The notes under the pieces were generated by a model. It saw only the letters and a program-made list of their open reading frames with translations, was not told the origin of the DNA and made no database searches. From assembly GCF_018350175.1 (NCBI RefSeq), contig NC_058386.1, positions 22,258,001-22,322,000 of the forward strand: a stretch of 64,000 bases of DNA. The letters are read 5' to 3'. The position numbers and the translations under genes are program-made. Shown here piece after piece: positions 39,311 to 51,131 of the stretch (position 1 is the first letter of the stretch; every line of letters begins with the position of its first letter). The stretch comes from Felis catus. Its lineage: Eukaryota.

Positions 39311-41244
39311 TTATCATGGAATTATAGTTTTTCTGGGGCAGCACACCACTGTGCCAGATGAATACTTTTTCATGTCTATACGTTGTCAGTTTTGATTAGG
39401 TGAATTTCATGTGGCAGTGGGACGAAAGTAACAAGAATGAAGAAACACTTTGTAAAATACAGACAGTACTTTGTGAGACACAGCCTAATCCTTAACTGTA
39501 TAGACTGGCTTGCTCCATTTGTGTACCTACTTGTTGATTTTCTATCGTCTTCACAAATATAAAAGTCCTACGAAGAGAAAGAACTGTTTTTTTCTCCCAA
39601 GTACTTCCATCACTTAGAACGGGAACGAGCACATGGCAAACATGAAATAAATATTTGATGAACGAATGACTTAATGCATAATAGGACAACATATTTCCTG
39701 TTATTTCCTTCAGTTGCATTTTAATTAACACTGTATATAACGTTTAAGACTTTTTTCCTCTCCCTCCACCACAGATAATAGTATGCAATGAAAGTAATTT
39801 ACTTCCTGAGCATTTCCTGAATTATTACGTTAAAAGGCACATGTTGTGAAAAATTAGACTTTTCCCTTCATCTGTTTCTTCCTGCCCTTATTTACTCTTC
39901 CTTAAGCTCTACTTTGCAATTTTCAAAGTGAAAATCAGAAAATTGAGAAATTAATGAAAGATATGAGAGAAAAGAAGACAATCCAACACTTGCCAAGAGA
40001 CTGGTCCTGAAGAAATCATGACAAATAGGCAGTAAGAGAGCCGAACACAAGCCTGTAGCAGGAGGTGGAGACGTTTTTAGTGAGGGACAAGTTTCGGCTG
40101 CCCAGGAAACTCAACAGATGGTGAGGAGACCGCTGGAAAAGCTGACTGACAATGGGTTTCCCATCTATGGTCACATGCCCCTCAGCTCAACTGGACGGGC
40201 GGTGCCACTGAAGAGGCCAACGTCTGTCTGATACTCAACAGCTATTGTAGGAGAATGTGGATTCTTGCCCCGTGACCTCTGAGGCTTTCCAGGAGCTGTA
40301 TTTGTCACATTCTTCTGTTGTCAAACAGCTAGGTGGTTGGGAGGGTAAATGCACAGCTCTCCCAGGCACCGGGCCCGAAAGGCCTCAGGGAATATCTCCC
40401 AGGCCACCAGGCAGGGGGAACACAGGTGTTAAGTAATTTCTCTGACAGTAAAACCTACATTCTGGGGGGAAATTAAAAGAAAAAAAAACCCACACACTTG
40501 TCAAGTATCAGTAATTAAAGAAAACCAATTCTACAGAGCTCATGATGGCCATCTGGAGTTTCTTTGACCTTTCTCTTTAAGAGTCAGCCGAGGCACAGCC
40601 ATTAGGCACTTAAAAACCATATTTTCATCATACGTTGTTGACCACACACCTGCACTATTAGGCTGTTAAAACAATCATCAGGAGTGCAAAATATTCTCCT
40701 ACCTTGCCTAGCAGGAACGAAATTGTAAACAGAAGTGCCTGATGGCTTTCAAGGTGACATGCAGTTTTCCAATCATGTCTTCCACGGTGCACTATCTGCT
40801 CATAGGTAGTCACCTAAGCAATGTCATTAAAGGACTCAAGTGTCATTTCATTACTTCACCTTTTAGGATCCAATTCATCCAGCAGTTTTTTTTTTTAAAC
40901 CAGGAGTTTGAAGCTCAAATCTTTTACAACTCTCAGAACAGATGGCACAGCCATATTAGCAATGACACTATATATACACACACCAAGTCAACTGGTGCTA
41001 TTATCTGGTTAAGTGACTGTCAGCATTTCCATTACAAACCCCAGCATTCAAGGGTCTATAATTCAGATACTTTAAATAACATCTGGCTGAAACTTGGTGT
41101 AAAGAAATGATGACTGTTGAGTAAAAATTAGTATAATTTTGCGAATGTGTAAATACTTCTAGAAGACTCAGCTTGATCAATCGAGTCCTTTTTTTAGGGA
41201 TGTCTTCCACTTATCGGTTTATTTTGGGGGTCCTAGCACATGCC

Positions 41245-41370
41245 ATTCATTTATTCAAGTCAGTCATTCATTCAGCAAGTATTTCACATTTACCATGTGC
41301 CCAGGCCTTGTTCTAAGTGATACAGACACTGGACAACAGTTTCCTCTCCCTACAGGGCTTATATATTCAT
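41245..41370. mobile_element. L2 3'-end remnant
   Basis: cattcattcagcaagtattt...taccatgtgcccaggccttgttctaag. Confidence 0.65.
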
Positions 41371-41714
41371 CAAGAAAAAATAAAAATTAGCAACTATATA
41401 TGCCAGTAAATAAATCTCAAGCCAGTATGCACAGTTAAGGATTAGAGTACACTTCTCACAGTATTCTCAGTGTTTTAAATAATACATCTTGATCCTTCTA
41501 ATCTTATTTTAATTTCACTGCTGCAAAGTTGGCTCAGTCATAGTTAATGGAAATAAACTCAAAGCACACCACAAAATAATTCAGCTGCCTGAAAAATTTC
41601 AACTGATCTCACAAATTTTGAATGGACAAAAAAAATCGTTGAAAATGTGGCAGATGGGTTTTCAAATGAAATCCTGTAGTTTTAAGATAACTCATGTTTT
41701 ATTGCTAAAGGGGG

Positions 41715-41973
41715 AAGGGGCACTCAGGTTTTGGAGGTCTTGAGGCTTATACAGTATGGGGAGTCCTGTTGTATAAGAAGGCAGCTCCAGTAACAAGTAC
41801 AAACTTAGGTATAAAAGTTAATATTGAGAATGAGAGAAAAATAAAAAGTTATGCATTTATAAAAGCTCACATATATTTCGACATCCAAAAACCCAGCTCC
41901 TAGATGGACACCCATGTAAGTGACTGCCTCTGAAGCTTTAGCATTTACAATCTTCAAGGTAAATTTGTCTCCG
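41715..41973. mobile_element. hAT-Tip100 element (Zaphod/MER115-like)
   Basis: caggttttggaggtcttgaggcttatacagtatgggg ... gaagctttagcatttacaatcttcaaggtaaatttg. Confidence 0.6.
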
Positions 41974-44900
41974 GATAGAGGAATTGCTGAAAGGCAATAT
42001 GGAGAACTGATACCAATCTTAAATCCAAGGAATTTTTTTAAAAGTTAGATGCAAATTTGAAAGAAAATACTACACATGCCCAGTACGGACTGGATTGTGA
42101 GAAACGAGAAGCAGACATTTAAGCAACATAAAGCCCACGTGTAAACGTCTGTCTGTCTGGTGCCTAAGATATTTTTTCCCTCTAAAACCATGTATTGCTG
42201 TCTGAAAACCGATGTTTTCAAGGCTCTCCCCCTACTTGATAGATTAATTTCACGTAGCAAACCCTGTTTCAGCAGTAGTGACTAGTGGGAGCATCCAAGA
42301 GAAGTATGGTAAGGCCTTATCTCATTCGGGTGAACAAGAGCATTCTGATAAGCCAAGGATCATATGCATATGAGTGGTGAGTAATCATGGGTGGCCCCCA
42401 AATTTTACTTCTTAAGTATCGGAGTGTAGAAGAAAGAGGCCAGGGTTGGGATACATAGTCAAATCAATTTCTTCACACTTTACTAGATCCAAGTACTGAG
42501 GTAAATTGATGTCTCTCTAAATCTCAGTCATTTTATCGACAAAATTTCAATTGTGGTATCTTTACTGTAAGCATTTTTCAGGCTTCAACGATATTCCTGT
42601 ATCTCTGTAACTAGAGAACCATGCACAAAAAACACAGTCAACCAATACCAGCTTCGCCTCCATCTGTACTGCAAGTAATGTGAACTTGGAACATGGGTAG
42701 AAAAGCAGTATCTGTTGTATGTAACCCCGTCTTCTTTGTGGTAACCCATGAATCTCATTCTGGTAGTATCCAGTCACCATAAGGTGATCTCAGCACTGAA
42801 TGGTAACATCATCTATTATAAGAGCTTCTGGGTACTTACATTATCTTCTAAAAAAAAACCCATCTCTGTGCATTACAGAATTATTTGTTTATCATGCATA
42901 GTATCCTGTAGGTATAATGATCACAGTTCCTTTGTTCGAAGATATCCCATTAGCCAGCCAATTATGTTGGTGATCTGTTAGTCTCCTTTACGGCCCAAAT
43001 GCTCCCTGCTCTCCAATTCATATGAACCTTTAAGAACACCATATGTTCAAATTGCTTCACTCAGTACTAAGTCCCTTTCCTACTATTATCCCCATCTGTG
43101 TAACCGCATGCGTTGGGGAATGAATACTTGACTTTTCGTTGGTTTTAAATCCAAGTTACTGCCCGGTTTATTTACATGTGCTTTCTTTAATTGCTTTCTT
43201 CGGGTATTTCTTTCATGTTTACTTGACTAAAAATCTTGGTCGAAACAGTCTGTTATAAGAATATGTGGAAAGTTTCCAAGTTGCTCATCTTGTTCCTAGT
43301 TTGCCATTCTAAAGATGTGACCGTTTATGTCTCAGTATGGTTGACGAGACACATCCTGGCTTTGCTCCTTTTATCAGTGCAGACTGGTTCTCGGACTACA
43401 TTTTCTAAACTTATCTTTCTTTAATTCATGCCGCTTGGCTTAGGTGAGGAAAAGACCTAAATCCTTCTCATTAATGAAAATTTACTTAATGAAAATCAAT
43501 TAATTAAAAGTTCATTAATTGTCATGAAAATGTCATTTAAAGTCAAATAATGGCTATATGGCCGGTAACAAGAGATTGACAAAGTGATGCAATCATCATG
43601 GTTGTCACTGGAACGTTCTGGTAAACCCTGAGACTATATGATTAACTTGATGTTTTCATTAATGTCAGCATTGTTTCACTATTTGCTTTCAGATCGATTC
43701 TGACTGTCCCTTCAACCTGAGACACCATATTTATATACCTCTGAAGAACTGGCTAGTATATATGATAAAGATACGATTACCTAAATGGCCACATTGCTTT
43801 GGATCAAAATGCTATTTATGGTACCTTATGAAAGGAGTAAATGATTTCATGAATGGTACTAGATTATCCTTCTACAGTATAGGGAAAGTAATAAAAAAAT
43901 AAAAAAGGTAGGAAAGCATGTTGTAAAGCTATTTGGGTCAAGCTTTTCTCTACCTAAAGGCAAAGGCTTTTCTATGTATTTCAGAATACACTATTTCTAA
44001 AACAGTATGGAGGATTTCAGAAAGACAGTCGAGTTAAACACAAACTTTATGCTCATTTATGAGTCCCCGTATTAGTGAACAGATGTCGGATTCATCGAAG
44101 AGGCATCATTTTGCCAATACTTCTCAAACTGGAGCTCCAAAGACACTTACCAGGGAATGCCAGATCAACACAAAACTCAAGTTAAGTAGGATGCATCTTC
44201 TGCAAATATTCATTCTATCAGAAACTGGGGGGGAGTGTCAAATAATTTAATAGCATGTAATTTTTTACATGCTATTTAATACCGTGTGTTAAAGTCTTTT
44301 TGATTGGACATGAGACTTCAAAAATATTCAATTCTGGTGGTGAGCTACTATGTGTAATGATCCATTGGTGCCAGGCGAACATGGCCATTCTCTGCTGTTT
44401 TGAGTGTTACCTTGGCAGAAATGATTTATGAAGTATGGCCTTATACAACTCAAAGTCCCATTCCACTGTGCCTCTTAGCAAAGCCTGTCTAGAAGGGTTT
44501 TCCAGAAACGAAACTGTTCGACCATTAAAGACTTACAGTTAAGAGGAGAAATTGGAAAACCCACGATAGATGGTACACAATGTCTTTTGCTATCTTATCA
44601 CTGTCATGGACATTTGCAAACAAAGGGGAGACAGGGATCATGATACAGACATCCAAGCAAATGTGACATCAATTCACACATATGTAATTTTTATACCTAC
44701 TTTATTTGAACCATATACGAAAATTAAGGTGGGATTAATTCATTATCATTTTACTTATTGTGATTAAAGAGTAACCAGTACATGTATTCAGGTAATTCTG
44801 AAATGATATTGTGTCTAAGTATTCATAAGGCACTTGGATTTGGTTAATAGGCTGAACACGTATTTCAGGTTACTAGTACTTTTTAATAAAATATTGTTTT

Positions 44901-45263
44901 TCTGGTCAAGTAAAATTGAGGAAGACAGCATAATATCATTATACAACAACACTCATTCATTAGAACCTCAGTCATTGGAAACTAATGATAATTTGAACTA
45001 CACTGTACTGATCTGAGCTTGGCATTTACACTACTTACCAAGACAGTAAAAATACCATGCAAGATTTTAGAATAATAGACTAATATGAGGGAAGAAACAT
45101 CATTGATATTTTATTGCCAACATTCTAATTACACAATTAATTCTGCCCAATAAAGTCACTGGCTGGCAATAATTTCAAAATTTTCATCTCGTGTGCATAA
45201 GCTAGAGATGTAGTATTGCCTTTCTAAAGGTAGTTATTTGAGTTAAACTCTTTTCCAACCCAT

Positions 45264-45358
45264 GGGTGCCTGGCTGGCTCAATTGGAAGAGCATGCAACT
45301 CTTGATCTAGGGGTCGAGAGTTTGAGCCCCATGTTGGGTGTAGAGATTACTAAAAAAC
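45264..45358 (+). mobile_element. Short CAN-SINE
   Basis: gggtgcctggctggctcaattggaagagcatgcaactcttgatc. Confidence 0.92.
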
Positions 45359-45367
45359 AAATAAGCT

Positions 45368-45585
45368 AGGGTGCACCTGGCAGCTCAGTCAGTTAAGCAA
45401 CTCTTGATTTTGGCTCAGATCATGATCTCGCGATTCATAGGTTCTAGCCCTGCATGGGGCTCTGCGCTTATGGTGCAGAGCCTGCTTGGGATTCTCTGTC
45501 TCCCTCTCTCTCTCCCCCTCCCTCACTCGTACTGTCTCTGCCTCTCTGAAAATAAATAAATAAACTTAAAAAAATATTAAAATAT
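45368..45585 (+). mobile_element. CAN-SINE
   Basis: gctcagtcagttaagc...ggctcagatcatgatctc; CT tract; A tail. Confidence 0.94.
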
Positions 45586-45852
45586 AACCAAAAAAATAAC
45601 ACTTATAAAGGGGCCCCTGGAAACATAACAACACAAGAAACAACAGGTGTTGGTGAGGATGCAGAGAAAGGGGAACCATCCTGCACCACTGGCGGGAACG
45701 CAAACTGGTGTAGCCACTCCAGAAAACAGTAAAGAGGTTCTCAAAAAACTAAAAATATGATCCAGCAATTGCACTACTAGGTATTTACACAAAGGACACA
45801 AAATACAGATTTGAAGGGGCACATGCACCCCAATGTTTAGAGCAGCATTATC

Positions 45853-45888
45853 ATCGCTTCTCGGCCTTTTGGCTAAGATCAAGTGTAG
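45853..45888 (+). pseudogene. RNU2: 3'-truncated (tailless) U2 snRNA retropseudogene, U2 nt 1-36
   Basis: ATCGCTTCTCGGCCTTTTGGCTAAGATCAAGTGTAG matches the U2 5' end; perfect 15-bp direct repeat tagagcagcattatc. Confidence 0.96.
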
Positions 45889-45908
45889 AGCAGCATTATC
45901 AACAACAG

Positions 45909-46091
45909 NNNNNNNNNNNNNNNNNNNNNNNNNNNNNNNNNNNNNNNNNNNNNNNNNNNNNNNNNNNNNNNNNNNNNNNNNNNNNNNNNNNNNNNNNNNN
46001 NNNNNNNNNNNNNNNNNNNNNNNNNNNNNNNNNNNNNNNNNNNNNNNNNNNNNNNNNNNNNNNNNNNNNNNNNNNNNNNNNNNNNNNNNNN
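45909..46091. other. Assembly gap (183 N)
   Basis: N run. Confidence 1.
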
Positions 46092-46471
46092 GACATGGAT
46101 GGAGCTCAACTGTATTATGCTAAGCAAAGTAAGTCAGAGAAAGACAAATACCATATAATTTCACTCATATGTGAAATTTAAAAAACAAAACTGATGAACA
46201 TATGGAAAGGGGGGAAAAAGAGCAGAGGGGGAAACAAACCACAGGGGACTCTTAGCAAAAGAGAACAAACTGAGAGTTGACTGAGGGAGACAGGTGGGAG
46301 ATGGACTAGAAGGCTGATGGATATTAAGGAGGGCACTTGTGATAAGCACTGGGCCTTGTATTTAAGTGAGAAAACACTGAATTCTACTCCTAAAACCAAT
46401 ATTGCACTGTATGTTAACTGAAATTTAAATAATAAAGAAAAAGAAATTTACAGTAAAAAAAAAATACATAA

Positions 46472-46563
46472 GGGGCACCTGGCTGGGTTAGTCAGAAGAA
46501 GACACTCGACTCTTGGTAACATTGGGTGCAGAGATTAATTAAATAAATAAGTAAACTTAAAAA
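46472..46563 (+). mobile_element. Short CAN-SINE, deleted
   Basis: ggggcacctggctgggttagtcag...ttgggtgcagagatta. Confidence 0.85.
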
Positions 46564-47105
46564 TTTTCTCCAACTCACATTTTTCTAATTGGTCTAAGAT
46601 ACATCAGTCACATTTACCGTGACATCCAAATCCACTCCTAAGAGATTGGTAGTATTACCTAGCATTAGTATATTTATAGCTTCTTGGACTGAGAGCTGAA
46701 CATGTAGGTACATAAAGTTGGAGCCTGCCTGTTGTTTATGTACATTCACATATAATTTTGACCAATACAAGAAAACTAGACAGAAAGAGGTCCAAAAGAG
46801 TGTACTTCAGATATTAATTTTAGATCTCTCTTGCTATGGACTTCATAAATGAAATTATTTCTTAAAATCATCAGTCTACCCACACTCTTCTCATTCTTTG
46901 TCTCCTCCTCCTCGTTCCCCTCCTCCTCTTTTTTCCCCAACTCCATCTCTCAAATGGAAAATGACAATGATTTTCAAGACATATATTGCTAACAAATAAG
47001 TCAATGAATAATTGAATAAAATGATGCAACACTTAAGGTGCTTAGGGAAAACCCCAAACCTGGCTTTGCCTTTTCTAGCTTAGCAGATCAACACACAGTT
47101 CGAAG

Positions 47106-47124
47106 TCTCCTATAGGGGGCGCTG
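47106..47124 (+). promoter_or_regulatory. Candidate CTCF binding site
   Basis: tctCCtatAGGGGGCGCtg matches the CTCF core CCnnnAGGGGGCGC; CpGs retained in AT-rich unique DNA. Confidence 0.6.
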
Positions 47125-49733
47125 CCGCACTATTAAATGCTGAAGACCTGGCCTACAGTTAAAGGTCTACAATTTTAAGCCTACTTTACATAAATAGAAA
47201 AGAAATAGTAAGGGCTTATTAACATGTAATTGTGGAACACGATTTTTTTCCTCCTTCACAATGTCACTGATGTCAACTGAATGTTTCTAAAGAAGTTGAT
47301 ACTACAATCTGTTGGTAAAACATGGAATTTTTTTGTTTTGTTTTTAGAAGATCATAGACCAGGTGTCAAAGCAATGTATTAAATGTGGGCTGCATAGTAC
47401 AGGGCAAGACAGATGACTTTACAAAAGAATAAAATGATAACAATTTCAGAGGAGTGAGTCACAAAGGAGGGACGTTTCCCCCATTCTTCTGCACCAATAG
47501 CAAAGGGAAATATCACAGTACAATACAAATTTTATTAAATTTATGTCAAATCTTAATGGCTGATCCTGGAAATGTGGTTTTGTAACAAATGATCGAATCA
47601 TCATCAAGGGGAGACAGGAAGTAATTAAGATGAGATTTGTCAACTCTTTTTTATATTCTCAGAAGCACCAAGCTATAACTCGCTAAATTTAATTAAGTTC
47701 TGATGGAAACCTCAGTGTCTTTATTTGTTTCCTGACTCTTGGCTAAGGGTTATGAATACTAATTATTTTCAGTTATTGTTTTCAAGAGAATCTAAGAATC
47801 TAAATTAAAGTATAAATCAGTTATTAGTAAACAAATACATTAAATTATTAGGTGCATATAATAATGCTACTGAAGAACTGAAATACAATAATTCGAAGAT
47901 TTAAGGCAAAGTTCCGAGGGTTATAAAAAGTATTAGTCAATGAAGACATTTGAAATCCAGCAAAGCTGTGCTTAAGCAATCAAATTATATCTTTCGTAAA
48001 ATTAAGCATCTAAATAAAAAATGTGGTGTCCTTTAATGGTGAAATTTATGGTAATTGCTTTGTTTGCTTTTCCAATTTACCCAAAGAATTGTAAATTTGT
48101 TAGCTTTCTTATTTGAATTCAAGAAAAGTATTCTATTTTATGATCATGTTTTAGATAATAGAGTTGGTTATATTACAAAAGTTTAAATATTTACAACGCT
48201 TTATACCTGGATGATTTATACAGACTATGAACAGACCATTTACAATATTTCTCTAAAGCTCTATTTTCCCTTTTATAGTCGCTAAATTCAATGCCTGAAT
48301 CAAGCTCATAAATCACATGAATTATTGTTAGTACAGTTACTATTGCTTTTTCCACATGCTAAAATCTTAATCATAACCTTTACAATGTATAAATTGACAG
48401 TGAAAGGGCCAAGAGTTTTTTTGACCTCAACTAATTTCTACTAACTAATTATTCTGAAATTTACTGATTGACGACGGAGAACAATGAATTTGCAAGTTTT
48501 TAGCAAGGGCACATCATCATTCCCCTTGAGGATTTGAAAGAATAGGTACAACAAAGAAAACAGAATTTGGGGCAAAAATAATTTCATAGGAATACAAAAA
48601 TCTATTTTTATATCCTTAGTCTCAGAGGTTTACTGGTATCAACAAATCTCACTGATATCATTTCTCTGACACTGGCACGTATCAAAAGAATGACTGAGGG
48701 TCGTAGGATGGGATAAATGATTATTTTCACCTACAAGGCTGTTTGATACCACCTTTCATCCTAGGAATTTCAGAGCCCTTAGCATGTCAAATGACTTACT
48801 GAATACATCATGCATGCACTCAACTTCATTTGAACCAAAAGAAGTGAAATGTGAGGCTCATCCATTAGTTAACTTGAAAAGTAGTATCATTCACTACTTT
48901 AACAAAGGTTCAGGAAGCATTACCACCTGGCATTGTAATGATCCTTGGAAACAAACATGCTCGTTCTCCAGTGGGCACATCTAAATATGCAGCAAACCTA
49001 AGGATGTGAATAGGGAGAGAAGAGAGTTGTAAAACTCAGGGATCTGTATTCATACAGATAACCCAAAACTCGGAGATGTTAGTACAGCGACAAGGAAAGG
49101 AATAGAGACATTGCGAGAGAGCTTGCCAAAGCAATCAATATTGAAGTCTACTTGTAGGCGCAAATATAAATTAATCATCCCCCATTGTTCCAGTGAGACA
49201 ACATGCACACGCATAAATTCACATACAAGTATTTTGGTTAATTTAAACATAAAACCTCAGGTAAATATAGAGGGAAAGGTCAAATACCTATCTACAATAT
49301 CTGATTTCATTCAGTTACATGTCTTTAAATCTCAAATATTAAAATATAACATTTTGAAATGATTCTTTATTCCACTCACATTTAACCAAGTAATTTTATT
49401 AAAATGCTTCAAAGGCAACACCAACATCAATGTCCTCCTATCACCCTGATGCCTTTTCTGAGTCCTCTAACACTGTTCCAGAGAAAAGACCTACCACTTT
49501 AGTCTAAATAATTTGAGACACAGCCTACTGTTGAATTTGCATTTGGTATTCTTACTGGAAATGTTAACTGAAGCCATGAGTGCCTATTTGCATATTATGG
49601 AGACTTGAAAAAAAATGTCCTTTTGGAGCATTTTTGTGATCTCCACAAAATACTTCTAATTTAATTAAAGATTTATTCCTTTTGGGTATAGGCACTGTGG
49701 GGTGGTACAGAGATTTGGAATGAAGCTTTGCCA

Positions 49734-49942
49734 TTTTAATGTTTTATTTATTTTTGAGAGAGATAGCGTGAGTAGGAGCGGGACAGACACAAAGAAGGAC
49801 AGAGAGAGGGTGGGACACAGGATCCGAAGAGGGATCTGCACTGAGAGCAATGAGCCTGACGTGGGGCTCAAACTCACGAACAAGGAAATCATGACCTGAG
49901 CCAAAATTGGATGCTCAACCACCTGAGCCACCCAGGTGTCCC
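49734..49942 (-). mobile_element. CAN-SINE
   Basis: ends ...gagccacccaggtgtccc. Confidence 0.95.
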
Positions 49943-49951
49943 AAGGCTTTG

Positions 49952-50060
49952 TTTTTTTTTTTTTTTTTTTAAGTAAACTCTACCTCCAACGTGGAGCTTG
50001 AACTCAAAACCCCAAGATCAAGAGTCACATCCTCTTCCAACTGAGCCAACAAGGTGCCCC
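49952..50060 (-). mobile_element. Short CAN-SINE
   Basis: poly-T, aagtaaactctacctccaacgtggagcttgaactc...ggtgcccc. Confidence 0.92.
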
Positions 50061-50075
50061 TGATAATCCTTTTAA

Positions 50076-50267
50076 ACATATTTTCGGTATTTATTTTTGA
50101 GAAAGACAGTGTGTGAGTGAGGCAGGGGCAGATGGATAGGGAGACACAGAACCTGAAGCAGGCTCCAGGCTCTGAGTTGTTAGTACAGAGTCTGACACGG
50201 GGCTCAAACCCATGAACCGTGAGATCGTGACCTGAGCCGAAGTTGGACACTTAAAGCCAGACACCCC
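50076..50267 (-). mobile_element. CAN-SINE (A-box region deleted)
   Basis: perfect TSD tgataatccttttaa at 50061-50075 and 50271-50285. Confidence 0.94.
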
Positions 50268-51131
50268 ACTTGATAATCCTTTTAAGAGTAATCTTCAAAA
50301 GATATGCTTTAAGTGACATTTGACTATGTAAATATTGAGGTATGAGGTATAAGGTAACAGATTTCTACCGGGTGTGTGGGGGGGGGCAACTGCTACATGA
50401 GCATTTTTCAGAGTTAAGGGGTACTTAGACATGTTCCTAGTGTGAGAGTTTTGGGTGATGCTCACTTAAGCTTTGTGGAAACTTCATTTACTGGTATGCA
50501 GCGTGAATTTACAGGAAGGAAATATAATAGGTGATAGTTTTTTTTTTTTTTAAGTGCCATAACTTTTTTTTCTTTTTTCGGCAGAGCATGTTTTAAGAGT
50601 GAGGCTCTGGCACATGTTGCAAGCCAGGAAGCCGTGTTTTACTACCAGTGATACAAATAAGGGACTCCAACACTGTAAAATGTAACGCGTGCAGTGACAG
50701 CACATAAACCTGCAAAGGTCCTTGGGGCCCTTGTACACCAGGCTAAGGGCTGGGAACTGTGTGGAGTTGGCGTTTATTCACAGGGGACTTTGGGAGCAGG
50801 CCTGGGAAGTGGAAGAAGATATATTCCAGAAATTACTGCACACGGTCAATTTCGAGTGACGCTTAGGAGTTGAATTAAATAGAATTCGGTGGAATAATCC
50901 ATGAGAAACATAAGTCTCAATCTATCAAGTTTCAATCCATTCAACATTTTATCCCAAAATGACTTCTGTATTTTGGCGGGAGCTACCAGAATGCCTTATT
51001 TTCAAATATTCACACAATATAATCGCCATTTGGGAATCATAGATGAAGCCGTTAGTTATGCAGTGGCCTTCTGTGAGTTTGGGGGTGGTGGTGCTAAGCA
51101 TACCTTCAGTCTAATAGAGATTGCTGGCTAG

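Larger units (their letters stand above)
45621..46469 (+). mobile_element. Carnivore L1 3' fragment inserted at the head of a SINE
   Basis: aacaacaggtgttggtgaggatgcagagaaagg...; TSD aaggggc(c/a)cctgg at 45608-45620 and 46470-46482. Confidence 0.9.

Noticed and set aside
45039-45079. Possible 41-nt minus-strand micro-exon
   Set aside because: Splice-like sites are present, but it is very short and has no other support.
45853-45888. Functional U2 gene
   Set aside because: Only 36 nt; no Sm site, PSE or 3' box; embedded in an L1 with a TSD.
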